NCBI GenBank assembly: GCA_000092065.1
Contig: CP000594.1
Strand: one strand, 5' to 3'
DNA length: 64,000 bases
From: Ostreococcus lucimarinus
Taxonomy: Eukaryota
The notes beneath the pieces were generated by a model that had not been told where the DNA came from, made no database searches, and saw only the letters and a program-made list of their open reading frames with translations. Made by a program: the position numbers and the translations under genes. Position 1 is the stretch's first letter; the number at the start of each line of letters is the position of its first letter. Of this stretch, positions 8,801 to 16,182 are shown piece after piece.

Positions 8801-11800
8801 GTAGCGCGTCCTCGTTCAATCAAAACATTGGGTCGTGGAACACAGGCAGTGTGACGGATATGAGCGGTATGTTCATGAATGCATCTGCGTTTAACCAGCC
8901 CGTTGGTGACTGGAACACAGGCAGCGTCGTGGATATGAGCGGCATGTTTGAGAGCGTGTCTGCGTTTAACCAGCCCATTGGTGAGTGGAATACCGGAAGA
9001 GTCACCAATATGAAAGAAATGTTTTCGCAGGCGTCTGAATTCAATCAGAATATCGGTAATTGGGATACATCGAGTGTGACGACGATGGATACTATGTTTC
9101 GCTACACCGAGTCCTTTAACCAGCCCATTAGTGAGTGGAATACCGGAAGAGTCACCAATATGAAAGACATGTTTTCGCATGCGTACGCATTCAATCATTC
9201 AATCGGTGACTGGAACACGGGTGCCGTGGAGAATATGGAGCTTATGTTCCAAAATACCGGCGTTTTCAACCAGGACATCAGCAGTTGGAACACGGCGGCG
9301 GTGACTCAGATGGACTCAATGTTTTACGGTGCTTCAGCCTTCAATTATGACATCACTGGTTGGAGTTCAGCAAGCCTTACGTCGTCGGCGAGCATGTTTC
9401 TCGACGCGCCGGCTTGGCTGGCGAGGTACAAGAACACCGTCGCCTCTGGTAGCAAAAATGGGCCATCGTCGAACTGGCTCGGTCCCGGTCCGTTCACGAC
9501 CAAGTCGGCGTTGGAGACCGCTACATGGAACTGCTTGGCGGGGAGCGCCGATGCCGATGGCAACTGCGACTGTACGACCGTCGATTGTGGCGCGGCGGTG
9601 TATGAATCGATTTCGAACTGGAACACGAGTTTGATCACGGACATGACCGGTTTGTTTGAAGGTAAGTCTTCATTCAACGCGAATATCGGCGGATGGAACA
9701 CGGGGAGCGTCACAAACATGCACCAGATGTTTAACGGCGCGACTGCTTTCAACCAAGACATCGGTTCTTGGGATGTCTCGGATGTAGCGGACATGTATCA
9801 AATGTTCGGTAGCGCGTCGTCGTTCAATCAAAACATTGGGTCGTGGAACACAGGCAGTGTGACGGATATGAGCGGTATGTTCATGAATGCATCTGCGTTT
9901 AACCAGCCCGTTGGTGACTGGAACACAGGCAGCGTCGTGGATATGAGCGGCATGTTTGAGAGCGTGTCTGCGTTTAACCAGCCCATTGGTGAGTGGAACA
10001 CAGGTAGCGTGGCGGATATGAACGGTATGTTCAGGAGCGCATCCGCGTTTAACGAGCCCGTTGGTGCATGGAACACAGGCAGCGTGACGGATATGAGCGG
10101 CATGTTTGAGAGCGTGTCTGCGTTTAACCAGCCCATTGGTGAGTGGAACACAGGTAGCGTGGCGGATATGAACGGTATGTTCAGGAGCGCATCCGCGTTT
10201 AACCAGCCGATTGGTGAGTGGGCCACAGGAAGCGTGGCGGATATGAGCGGCATGTTTGAGAGTGCATCCGCGTTTAACCAGCCGATTGGTGAGTGGGACA
10301 CAGACAGCGTGACGGATATGAGCAGCATGTTTGAGAGCGCGTCTGAATTCAATTATAACATCACTGATTGGAGTTCAGCTAGTCTCACGACGGACATGTT
10401 TCTCGATGCGACAGCTTGGCTGGGAAGATTTGCACGCAAAGATGGCGAAGACACCACTGATGGCCCACCATCCAAGTGGGGCGAACCGTGTGGCAATGAG
10501 TGGTACGATGCGACCTTTGAGGAGAAGTGTGAGCCAAGAGTGAACGGGATTGAAGTGAAAGGATGCAATTCTACGTGCGGGATAAAAGACAACTGGCGGT
10601 GCGACAATTTCGACTTGCTACGCCCCCCCGGTGATGACTTAGATAGCTACAATTGTACGTGCGACAACCCGGCGGGCACGTACGCATCGCCTGATCTTGA
10701 TTGTGCTCGCACAGATTGCATTTACGGCGAGCGGTGTCTCGCTAACGGCCTAGGCTGTGCGCCCGGTGCCGGTGGAAACGCATGCGACCGGTGTTTGACG
10801 GCCGCTGATATTGCCGAGCTTCCACTCAACGAACGAAGTCTCAGCAAGAATGGCTATTACAAGACTGGGCAGATGTGCACGGCTTGTCCAGAGACATCGG
10901 CTGGTCAACTTTTCGCTGCGGCTGCGGTTGTCGTCGTCCTCGCTTTTTGTGGTTTCAAAGCCTCTCAATTGATGGGCGCTCAAGCGACGAACAATTTGAA
11001 GAAAATTGTCGAGTCGCTGCAGTTCTTCTCTCTTTCGCTCAGTATGAGTATCAAGTGGCCTGGACCCGTACTCAATCTCGGTAAATATTTGGAAGCTTTC
11101 ACGTTCAGTATTGAGTTTCTACGACCCGAATGCGTCGCTACGGGGCTGAATTGGCTCAATATATTTTTGTCCTCAGTGTTTTTCGTTCCCGCTCTCATCT
11201 TCATAATCATCGTCGTGAACAATAGACGGGCGAAGCACCGTTACAAAACAACGGTGCGCGCGATCGACAGTGAACGACACGAGGATGGCGAAACAGTCTA
11301 CTGGATCAAGAAACCAGGTTTCTTGTGGGGTACGCGGAGAGCTTACGAGTCCAAGGGTGGAGATAAGATTGTTCGCGAGTTGCAGCGCCAGTATCGGTTT
11401 CGAGCCGCGCTTCGATCTTTCGGCGTACTGTCGCTGACCGTCCTATACCTTCCCATCGTGCGTATGTGCCTTCAGTCATACGATTGCATAAAGATAGACG
11501 GCGTGGATGGGCTTCGATTGGAGCATGACATAGATATCCTCTGTGAAAGCGAAGGGCACGTGATCATCCAGGCCGCCGCCGCGGTGATGTTGGCCATTGT
11601 CGGTATCGGCATGCCAATTTACGTCATAATGCAAGTTCGTAAGATCCGTTTGAGCGGTAAACTGGATGATCCACAGACTATCGACTCGTATGGTCCGTTC
11701 TACGACGTCTACCGGCGCGAGGAGCTCACACACGATCACAAATTGGAGATTGCGAGCATTCGACAAACCGCGGTCGAGTCGTCCTCATTTCGACGAGGCG

Positions 11801-12597
11801 AAGGCACGAGCGACGAACGTCCTTTCGATGCAGCAACTGATGATATTGCAGAAGAAATCGCAAATGAAGCCAGGGTCGATACGGAAGAAGATTCAAGCGA
11901 CGTTGATCGTGTTGACGTCGAGGACGATAGTGATACTCCACCACCTCAGAAAGTTGCATCCGGTCTCGGTAAGCTCGCTCGGGCGTTAACGATGACGAAG
12001 TCTGCTTTAGGCCGGACGACGTCAGCGAAAGCGCGCGAACGGGCACATCGAATGCACTGGAAGGACAGGTTCGCGCTTCACTACCTGGCCGTTGAACTAG
12101 TGCAGAAGAGTTGCGTCATTTTGACGACGTCTCCGCTAGTGGCCGAAACCGCGGTGAGCGGTTGGGCTCTGGTTGTCGTACACTGGTTTACCGGCGCCTT
12201 CGTCTACGTGTGTCAGCCTTGGCGCATCATGACGCTCGGCTTCGGCAAATACAAGGTGCGAAATTGCTTAAACAAAGTCGAGTCCTTGGCTGGATTTTTG
12301 CAGGGCGTGGGACCGTTCTTGGCGATGATCTTCCCTGTTCAGAGAAACGAGTTGGGCGAGGTGAAGCAAACTGTGACACTCTCAGCCATAACTGTCCTGC
12401 TGACCATCATAATCACCGGGCTGCTTTCTATTCGTATCATTGTTTTCGTCGGCGAACGCGTCGCCGTCAAACGAAAGAAGATGGACATTGACAAGGATCC
12501 CGAGAAATGCATGCAAAATGTTCACAAACAACTGGTCAAGCTCGCAACCAACAGAGCGATTGTGAGCATGTTGCTTTCAAGGCAGATTTCGACATAA
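5890..12597 (+). CDS. Large DUF285/BspA-like leucine-rich-repeat surface protein with Cys-rich stalk and C-terminal multi-pass TM region (~2,236 aa)
   Basis: 6.7-kb uninterrupted frame.
- It holds dozens of ~25-aa units of the type FN(Q/A)xIxxWNTxxVTxMxxMF.
- A hydrophobic segment MLFATATWMLLLLTSFVDG lies at 6367.
- A Cys-rich region lies at about 10.5-10.9 kb, followed by about 7-9 hydrophobic helices.
- The start is uncertain: an in-frame ATG at 5890 lies 22 nt after the 27-nt motif, and 6367 is the alternative. Confidence 0.85.
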   Translation: MRWRRRHSSTPRPAVVRVHTVQVVPLDDERALVHPCADEVRFHRASPPFGPLRATVAQPGDLRADGAMPAYASQGVHTGGTAPFATYRAAQHAFATPDGMHWRGGRSVSLKIARSTSGQSGSLAPQRVLNTILVLFGYSPRDLDTREGSRRASVRCQKNMLFATATWMLLLLTSFVDGAIVDRDALKVAVDNCLAANATGNCDCSSDSVDCGTAGSLPISQWDTSRVNDMNRLFSNQGSFNANISAWDVSGVTDMTRMFEGANSFAQDISSWNVVNVTSMDTMFYRADAFNAPIGSWNTDGVTNMFQMFHSAHLFDQPIGSWNTERVTTMQCMFMYAREFNQDISSWNTANVVNMWDMFYSADAFNQNIGSWNTEEVTDMRYMFYSADAFNQNIGSWNTEKVTDLSGMFQGAAAFNQDIGSWNTEEVTDMSGMFQGAAAFNQDIGSWTTTSVKNMESMFEDATAFNQNISSWNVSAVTDFDRMFYTATAFNKGIITTKTTWTGATGASATDMFSAATAWLQRYEYTTNPSGSVVNGPASAWSVKKCSSNQYVLSNTCKACASGKFRSAGDDPDGSNTACTYASPFASNTQLKDTIESSYCLGGSDATGANCTDGKGMYIAQWDTSLITDMNHLFYNKISFDANISTWNTAKVTKMDSMFSQARAFNQRINEWNTSSVVTMEAMFRYAESFDQPIGEWNTGRVTNMKDMFSQASEFNQNIGNWDTSSVTTMDTMFRYTESFNQPISEWNTGRVTNMKDMFSHAYAFNHSIGDWNTGAVENMELMFQNTGVFNQDISSWNTAAVTQMDSMFYGASAFNYDITGWSSASLTSSTDMFLSATAWLARYKNTASPGSKNGPSSNWLGPGPFTTKSALETATWNCLAGSADADGNCDCTTVDCGAAVYESISNWNTSLITDMTGLFEGKSSFNANIGGWNTGSVTNMHQMFNGATAFNQDIGSWDVSDVADMYQMFGSASSFNQNIGSWNTGSVTDMSGMFMNASAFNQPVGDWNTGSVVDMSGMFESVSAFNQPIGEWNTGRVTNMKEMFSQASEFNQNIGNWDTSSVTTMDTMFRYTESFNQPISEWNTGRVTNMKDMFSHAYAFNHSIGDWNTGAVENMELMFQNTGVFNQDISSWNTAAVTQMDSMFYGASAFNYDITGWSSASLTSSASMFLDAPAWLARYKNTVASGSKNGPSSNWLGPGPFTTKSALETATWNCLAGSADADGNCDCTTVDCGAAVYESISNWNTSLITDMTGLFEGKSSFNANIGGWNTGSVTNMHQMFNGATAFNQDIGSWDVSDVADMYQMFGSASSFNQNIGSWNTGSVTDMSGMFMNASAFNQPVGDWNTGSVVDMSGMFESVSAFNQPIGEWNTGSVADMNGMFRSASAFNEPVGAWNTGSVTDMSGMFESVSAFNQPIGEWNTGSVADMNGMFRSASAFNQPIGEWATGSVADMSGMFESASAFNQPIGEWDTDSVTDMSSMFESASEFNYNITDWSSASLTTDMFLDATAWLGRFARKDGEDTTDGPPSKWGEPCGNEWYDATFEEKCEPRVNGIEVKGCNSTCGIKDNWRCDNFDLLRPPGDDLDSYNCTCDNPAGTYASPDLDCARTDCIYGERCLANGLGCAPGAGGNACDRCLTAADIAELPLNERSLSKNGYYKTGQMCTACPETSAGQLFAAAAVVVVLAFCGFKASQLMGAQATNNLKKIVESLQFFSLSLSMSIKWPGPVLNLGKYLEAFTFSIEFLRPECVATGLNWLNIFLSSVFFVPALIFIIIVVNNRRAKHRYKTTVRAIDSERHEDGETVYWIKKPGFLWGTRRAYESKGGDKIVRELQRQYRFRAALRSFGVLSLTVLYLPIVRMCLQSYDCIKIDGVDGLRLEHDIDILCESEGHVIIQAAAAVMLAIVGIGMPIYVIMQVRKIRLSGKLDDPQTIDSYGPFYDVYRREELTHDHKLEIASIRQTAVESSSFRRGEGTSDERPFDAATDDIAEEIANEARVDTEEDSSDVDRVDVEDDSDTPPPQKVASGLGKLARALTMTKSALGRTTSAKARERAHRMHWKDRFALHYLAVELVQKSCVILTTSPLVAETAVSGWALVVVHWFTGAFVYVCQPWRIMTLGFGKYKVRNCLNKVESLAGFLQGVGPFLAMIFPVQRNELGEVKQTVTLSAITVLLTIIITGLLSIRIIVFVGERVAVKRKKMDIDKDPEKCMQNVHKQLVKLATNRAIVSMLLSRQIST
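7963..9978 (+). repeat. Near-identical 2 x 1,008-bp in-frame tandem duplication inside the DUF285 gene
   Basis: The unit starts with CAGCCCATTGGTGAGTGGAATACCGGAAGAG at 7963 and 8971. Track ORFs repeat at exactly +1,008 bp (8321/9329, 8337/9345, 8190/9198). Confidence 0.95.
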
Positions 12598-14399
12598 AGC
12601 GCCGTAAAGCACGCGCGAGGCTGGAAGATACCCGCCAAGCGATGTTATCGCGCATCGATATCTTGAAGTCACAACAGACCGACGAGGACCATTCCGATAA
12701 AATTACCGCGTTGTACGAAGTGGCGAATGAAATGGCACACATCGTGAATACGATCGTACCCCAAGCACCCCCAACCGGTCCCAACGCAGAAGGGTCTATC
12801 GAATTGCTGGATGAACAACTGGCATCAATTCTCAAGGACGTCGACGTCCGAGCGCGGGCGAACGCGTTAGATGCCCCAAATTCTGCGGCAGTACATATCG
12901 TGATGAAAGTCCACGCGTTCGATACAATCATATGTCGACTTGACGAACATTTGCTCGAATTCGCGGCGGCAGAACTTGTGAGTGAGCTTGCCGAGCTGGG
13001 TCGAAGACACGCTGAATTACGACATACGCGAAGTTGTGTCGCGATAGGTTTCGGTGACGCAGAGCTTCGAGCTACTTTCGATGCGCTACGATCGTCTATC
13101 GAGACACTTCGCCATGCCGTTGAGAACGACGACTTCGAAGCTGTATTCACCACTTTGAATGGTGGGAAGGAGATCATTGATTCTCACTTACGATGGTGTC
13201 GGGATCAATGTGAATTGTTCAAGAGCGCCGAGGACGAGCACCCCGATTTCCTCGAGGACGAGCCTCCACTGACGACCAAGTTTTTCAAGGCGACAGTCAA
13301 GGTGATACAATCCCATGAAAAGCAACTGTCTAAATTCAAATCGGAGTGTATTCGTAACTGGCCCCCGCTTTTCAAGAACTTTGGCCGCGTCAAGTACATA
13401 CAAGGCTTTGCTGAGCAACTTCAGAATCAACTCCATCTCGATCTCAATGAAAGCACGCCGGAGGAGGCCAAGGCTGTTTTCGATCAGGTGTTGGCCTTCA
13501 CAGATGGCTTCGCGGTTTGGTGCGGCGATTTAGTGGCACAGGTCGAAGGCTCAGATGTCTTCATCTTGTTTGAGCCAATCGCCCGCGCGATGATGGAAAG
13601 CTTGAAAGCCATCAGAACAGACGCTGAGTCGCAAAGTGCACTCGCGAGGCAAGCATTGAGTATGATAGATTATGCGGTGACGCAACGGGCGTTGGCCGCA
13701 ACGACGCGATCGGGCTTGCAGACAGCACTCGCAGATGGTACGTCTGCGCTTGAAGACCAGCTCGCCGCAGAAATTGCACACATGGACGCTGCGAAGATTT
13801 CTCGAGAGACTACTTTCGAGACCGACAAGATGCGCATCGAGGAAGCTTTGACTACATCAGAGCAAGAGTCGGACGGTAGGCGAGCGGTTTTAGAGGATGA
13901 CATTCGATCGCAACAGGACACTATCGCGCGGCTACAAAACTTGAAACGGGAAGAGGCCGCGGCATCGAGCTCTATAAACCCGTTGAAATGGGAGCGTTTC
14001 AGTCGAAGCACTGAGCTCGCCGAAGCTGTAAGTGCACTCCGTATGAGCAAACAAAACTTGAAGAATGAAGAGCTTGCAAATGAGAAGGCCCGCGGGGATG
14101 CCCGTAAGGCTGTTCATTCGTTGGAACGGGGCCTGAAAAAGGACCTGGTCGAATGTGACGTCCGAGCAAAAAAAATCCGAGACGATGTGGCAAAGGAGCT
14201 GAAGAAACAAACTCTGGATGCTCAGAGGAAGACACCCGAAGACGCTAAAGCCCATAAGGCTAGTCTGGCTTCCAGGCGCGCGGTGTTCCAGCAACAACGC
14301 GCCGCCGCCAAACTCATCGCGAGCGAAAGTAGAGAAGCTACGCGAATCCAAGCACAGCTTGCATACTACATGCGAAATTTAAAGGCGCGCGAATCGTGA
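12507..14399 (+). CDS. Coiled-coil protein of unknown function (630 aa; possibly starting at M46 = 12642, or continuous with the upstream gene)
   Basis: Long ORF rich in heptad-like E/K/R/L/A segments. It overlaps the end of the upstream ORF by 91 nt in another frame. No recognisable catalytic motif. Confidence 0.6.
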   Translation: MHAKCSQTTGQARNQQSDCEHVAFKADFDIKRRKARARLEDTRQAMLSRIDILKSQQTDEDHSDKITALYEVANEMAHIVNTIVPQAPPTGPNAEGSIELLDEQLASILKDVDVRARANALDAPNSAAVHIVMKVHAFDTIICRLDEHLLEFAAAELVSELAELGRRHAELRHTRSCVAIGFGDAELRATFDALRSSIETLRHAVENDDFEAVFTTLNGGKEIIDSHLRWCRDQCELFKSAEDEHPDFLEDEPPLTTKFFKATVKVIQSHEKQLSKFKSECIRNWPPLFKNFGRVKYIQGFAEQLQNQLHLDLNESTPEEAKAVFDQVLAFTDGFAVWCGDLVAQVEGSDVFILFEPIARAMMESLKAIRTDAESQSALARQALSMIDYAVTQRALAATTRSGLQTALADGTSALEDQLAAEIAHMDAAKISRETTFETDKMRIEEALTTSEQESDGRRAVLEDDIRSQQDTIARLQNLKREEAAASSSINPLKWERFSRSTELAEAVSALRMSKQNLKNEELANEKARGDARKAVHSLERGLKKDLVECDVRAKKIRDDVAKELKKQTLDAQRKTPEDAKAHKASLASRRAVFQQQRAAAKLIASESREATRIQAQLAYYMRNLKARES

Positions 14400-14711
14400 T
14401 ATAGCGGTCGTCTACGAGGAATACACGCATAGTCTAAACATGACCATCCTGTTGGAGAAGGAGCTGAGTTTCCGCTTCGTTACGGATGAGATTGTCGCGA
14501 GGAGATGAGCCTTCAAATTCGGGGCGATGGCTCACAAATCAGGCAAGGGAAGACAGGTGCACGTGCAAACTCTCAGCGGAAAGAGTTCATCGTCTCGAAG
14601 ATCTCGGTGTTTGGTGAGACAAACTCGACACACAGCAGGAGCACTTCACTGCCTGAGTGTACAGAAGATGTAACTAGCCTGAAGCGTTCGACCGTTGAGA
14701 CCTCAAGTTTT

Positions 14712-14759
14712 GGTGCCCTCGCTTAAGATTTCTTCAGAATAGAATCTCTGAAAGCAAGG
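14712..14759. repeat. 48-bp 3'-flank module with a short hairpin (TTCAGA...TCTGAA)
   Basis: GGTGCCCTCGCTTAAGATTTCTTCAGAATAGAATCTCTGAAAGCAAGG recurs at 43111-43158 with a few substitutions. Both copies lie downstream of the stop of a large plus-strand gene. Confidence 0.5.
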
Positions 14760-15013
14760 GATGCTCAAAGCAGCAAAAATGACTTCCTACTACGGGCCAC
14801 ACAGGACGCCGAGCCCGATTTCTCTGTGCGTTCCGACCCCCCTTAACAGCGGACCCTTGGGTCTTAAGAAATTTCAACCTTTAAGGTTATAGGTTATATA
14901 GGTTATAGGTTTATTTATAAAGTTTACATGTGACGTTTTTTTTCAAAAATGGAAAAAAAAGTGACGGAGAGAAAGTTCCTCACAGGACCTCCAACCACTA
15001 AACCCATAACCGG

Positions 15014-15148
15014 TCACTCTTCCTCGCCCCGTTCTTTGATACACGTTCGCCCCACGACGGTTCGACCTGAAATTTTTTTCGGTTTGGCTTCGAACCCGAG
15101 CTTGGTCAGCGCGCGTCCGATGAGCATCTTGCTCACGGTGCAGCCGTT
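15014..15148 (-). pseudogene. C-terminal 44 codons plus stop of the second helicase-like gene family (fragment)
   Basis: The minus-strand reading is NGCTVSKMLIGRALTKLGFEAKPKKISGRTVVGRTCIKERGEEE*. Its first 37 nt match 3095-3131 (35 of 37). It abuts the left end of element copy A. Confidence 0.3.
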
Positions 15149-15261
15149 AAAAATATCAACTTTTTTGTTTCAGTTGGGGCACCCCAACATGATAAAACGC
15201 TCATCGACGTTGATGTACCGCATGTACGATTTCTTCAGAACCAATCGTTCGAGTGAAGTGG

Positions 15262-15759
15262 TCAAACCAAGCCACGCAACTCATCTACCGTAAATTGATA
15301 CTTGTCGAGACTGCGCTTCGAAGGCAGCGTGCCGCGCGCTCGAGCATTCTTGAGACACGTCTTACGCAGTATTCTTTTCGCGTGCTGCTTGTAATAATTG
15401 AGTTGTCTGTAGTTACCATCGCCGCCGTCCCGCTTCGGCGTATATTGAGCTCTGCTGTAGGCCAGACTCTCGTCCACGTTCTCGTGGCACGCGTGTTTCC
15501 GACTGCGTCCAGGAACTCGGGAGTTGAATACGCCGTCGCGCTTCTCTCTCATGTATGCACTTTTACGTTGACGGAGCTCTCCAGCTGGAATGTCCTTTTC
15601 GAGAACTCTCACGTCCGCGTCGCCAAACGTGAAGATTGGATGCCGTGCGTATTTATGCGAGGCAAGGCGCGCTCTGAGCGAACCTGTCGTCGATCCGATG
15701 TACGTTTTGTCACATTTCGCATTATCGCTAAACATTTCGTACACGCATCCCGACGGCAT
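15262..15759 (-). CDS. GIY-YIG family nuclease (165 aa), element-borne
   Basis: ATG ORF with GCVYEM / KTYIGST / R / E(MREKRDG) / N(FNSR) signature order. The C-terminal 60 aa are identical to the 4584-5081 copy. Confidence 0.85.
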   Translation of the reverse strand: MPSGCVYEMFSDNAKCDKTYIGSTTGSLRARLASHKYARHPIFTFGDADVRVLEKDIPAGELRQRKSAYMREKRDGVFNSRVPGRSRKHACHENVDESLAYSRAQYTPKRDGGDGNYRQLNYYKQHAKRILRKTCLKNARARGTLPSKRSLDKYQFTVDELRGLV

Positions 15760-15926
15760 TTGTCCTGGTTACCTGTCTATCCCTAAGAAAATATTGTTGT
15801 CAAAAGTCCTCCTGCTGCGGTTTGCAGTCGCATTCGAGAGACCGTATCGCTGCGTGGGCTGCAAGGTCTGGGATGTAGATATCGAACCGCCCGATTTCAC
15901 ACCTGGACGTTCGTGATCCGTCGAGA

Positions 15927-16117
15927 CCTGACGAAATGACGAACTTGTTTTGTCGTCCCGAAATTCGTCAGCCCGTCGTTCGGTCACACTTTGTGTGTAC
16001 CAATGATGAAAATGACGAAATGTTAAAATATTTTAATGTTTATTTTTATTTTAGATCTACGACAAGCAACAGTGTAGACCTTTATGAAAACAGTTCGTCA
16101 TTCGTCATTTCGTCAGG
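15927..16117. other. Iteron / inverted-repeat / AT-rich block between helicase and nuclease genes (candidate replication origin or bidirectional regulatory region)
   Basis: The heptamer TGACGAA occurs at 15929, 15937 and 16013, and its complement TTCGTCA at 15964, 16094, 16101 and 16109. An 18-bp inverted repeat brackets an AT-rich core (AATGATGAAAATGACGAAATGTTAAAATATTTTAATGTTTATTTTTATTTTAGATCT). Confidence 0.4.
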
Positions 16118-16182
16118 ATCCAAACCATGGTCTTTTCGGTGTCTTGTTGAGTCTTCATATTGCAAATGTACGAATCACAAAA

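Noticed and set aside
7804-10352. Families of repeated 100-180-aa ORFs on both strands inside the DUF285 gene (for example 7804-8190, 8662-9198 and 9828-10352).
   Set aside because: They repeat only because the underlying sense-strand LRR units and the 1,008-bp duplication repeat, and they have no independent start context or motifs.
12562-12581. A 20-nt GT...AG mini-intron joining the DUF285 gene to the coiled-coil ORF.
   Set aside because: The frame arithmetic fits exactly, but 20 nt is far below intron sizes I would expect in this lineage. It is kept only as an alternative under the frame-overlap finding.
15817-15891. tRNA-like segment in the element spacer. GCGGTTT ... GAACCGC can form a 7-bp acceptor-like stem enclosing about 74 nt, and GGTTCGATATC looks like a T-loop on the opposite strand.
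   Set aside because: No consistent cloverleaf forms on either strand: the D and T arms do not pair, and the T-loop-like motif and the acceptor pairing favour opposite strands. Copies B and C also have a 10-nt length difference inside it. At best it is a degenerate tRNA-derived remnant; tRNAscan-SE or Infernal could confirm.
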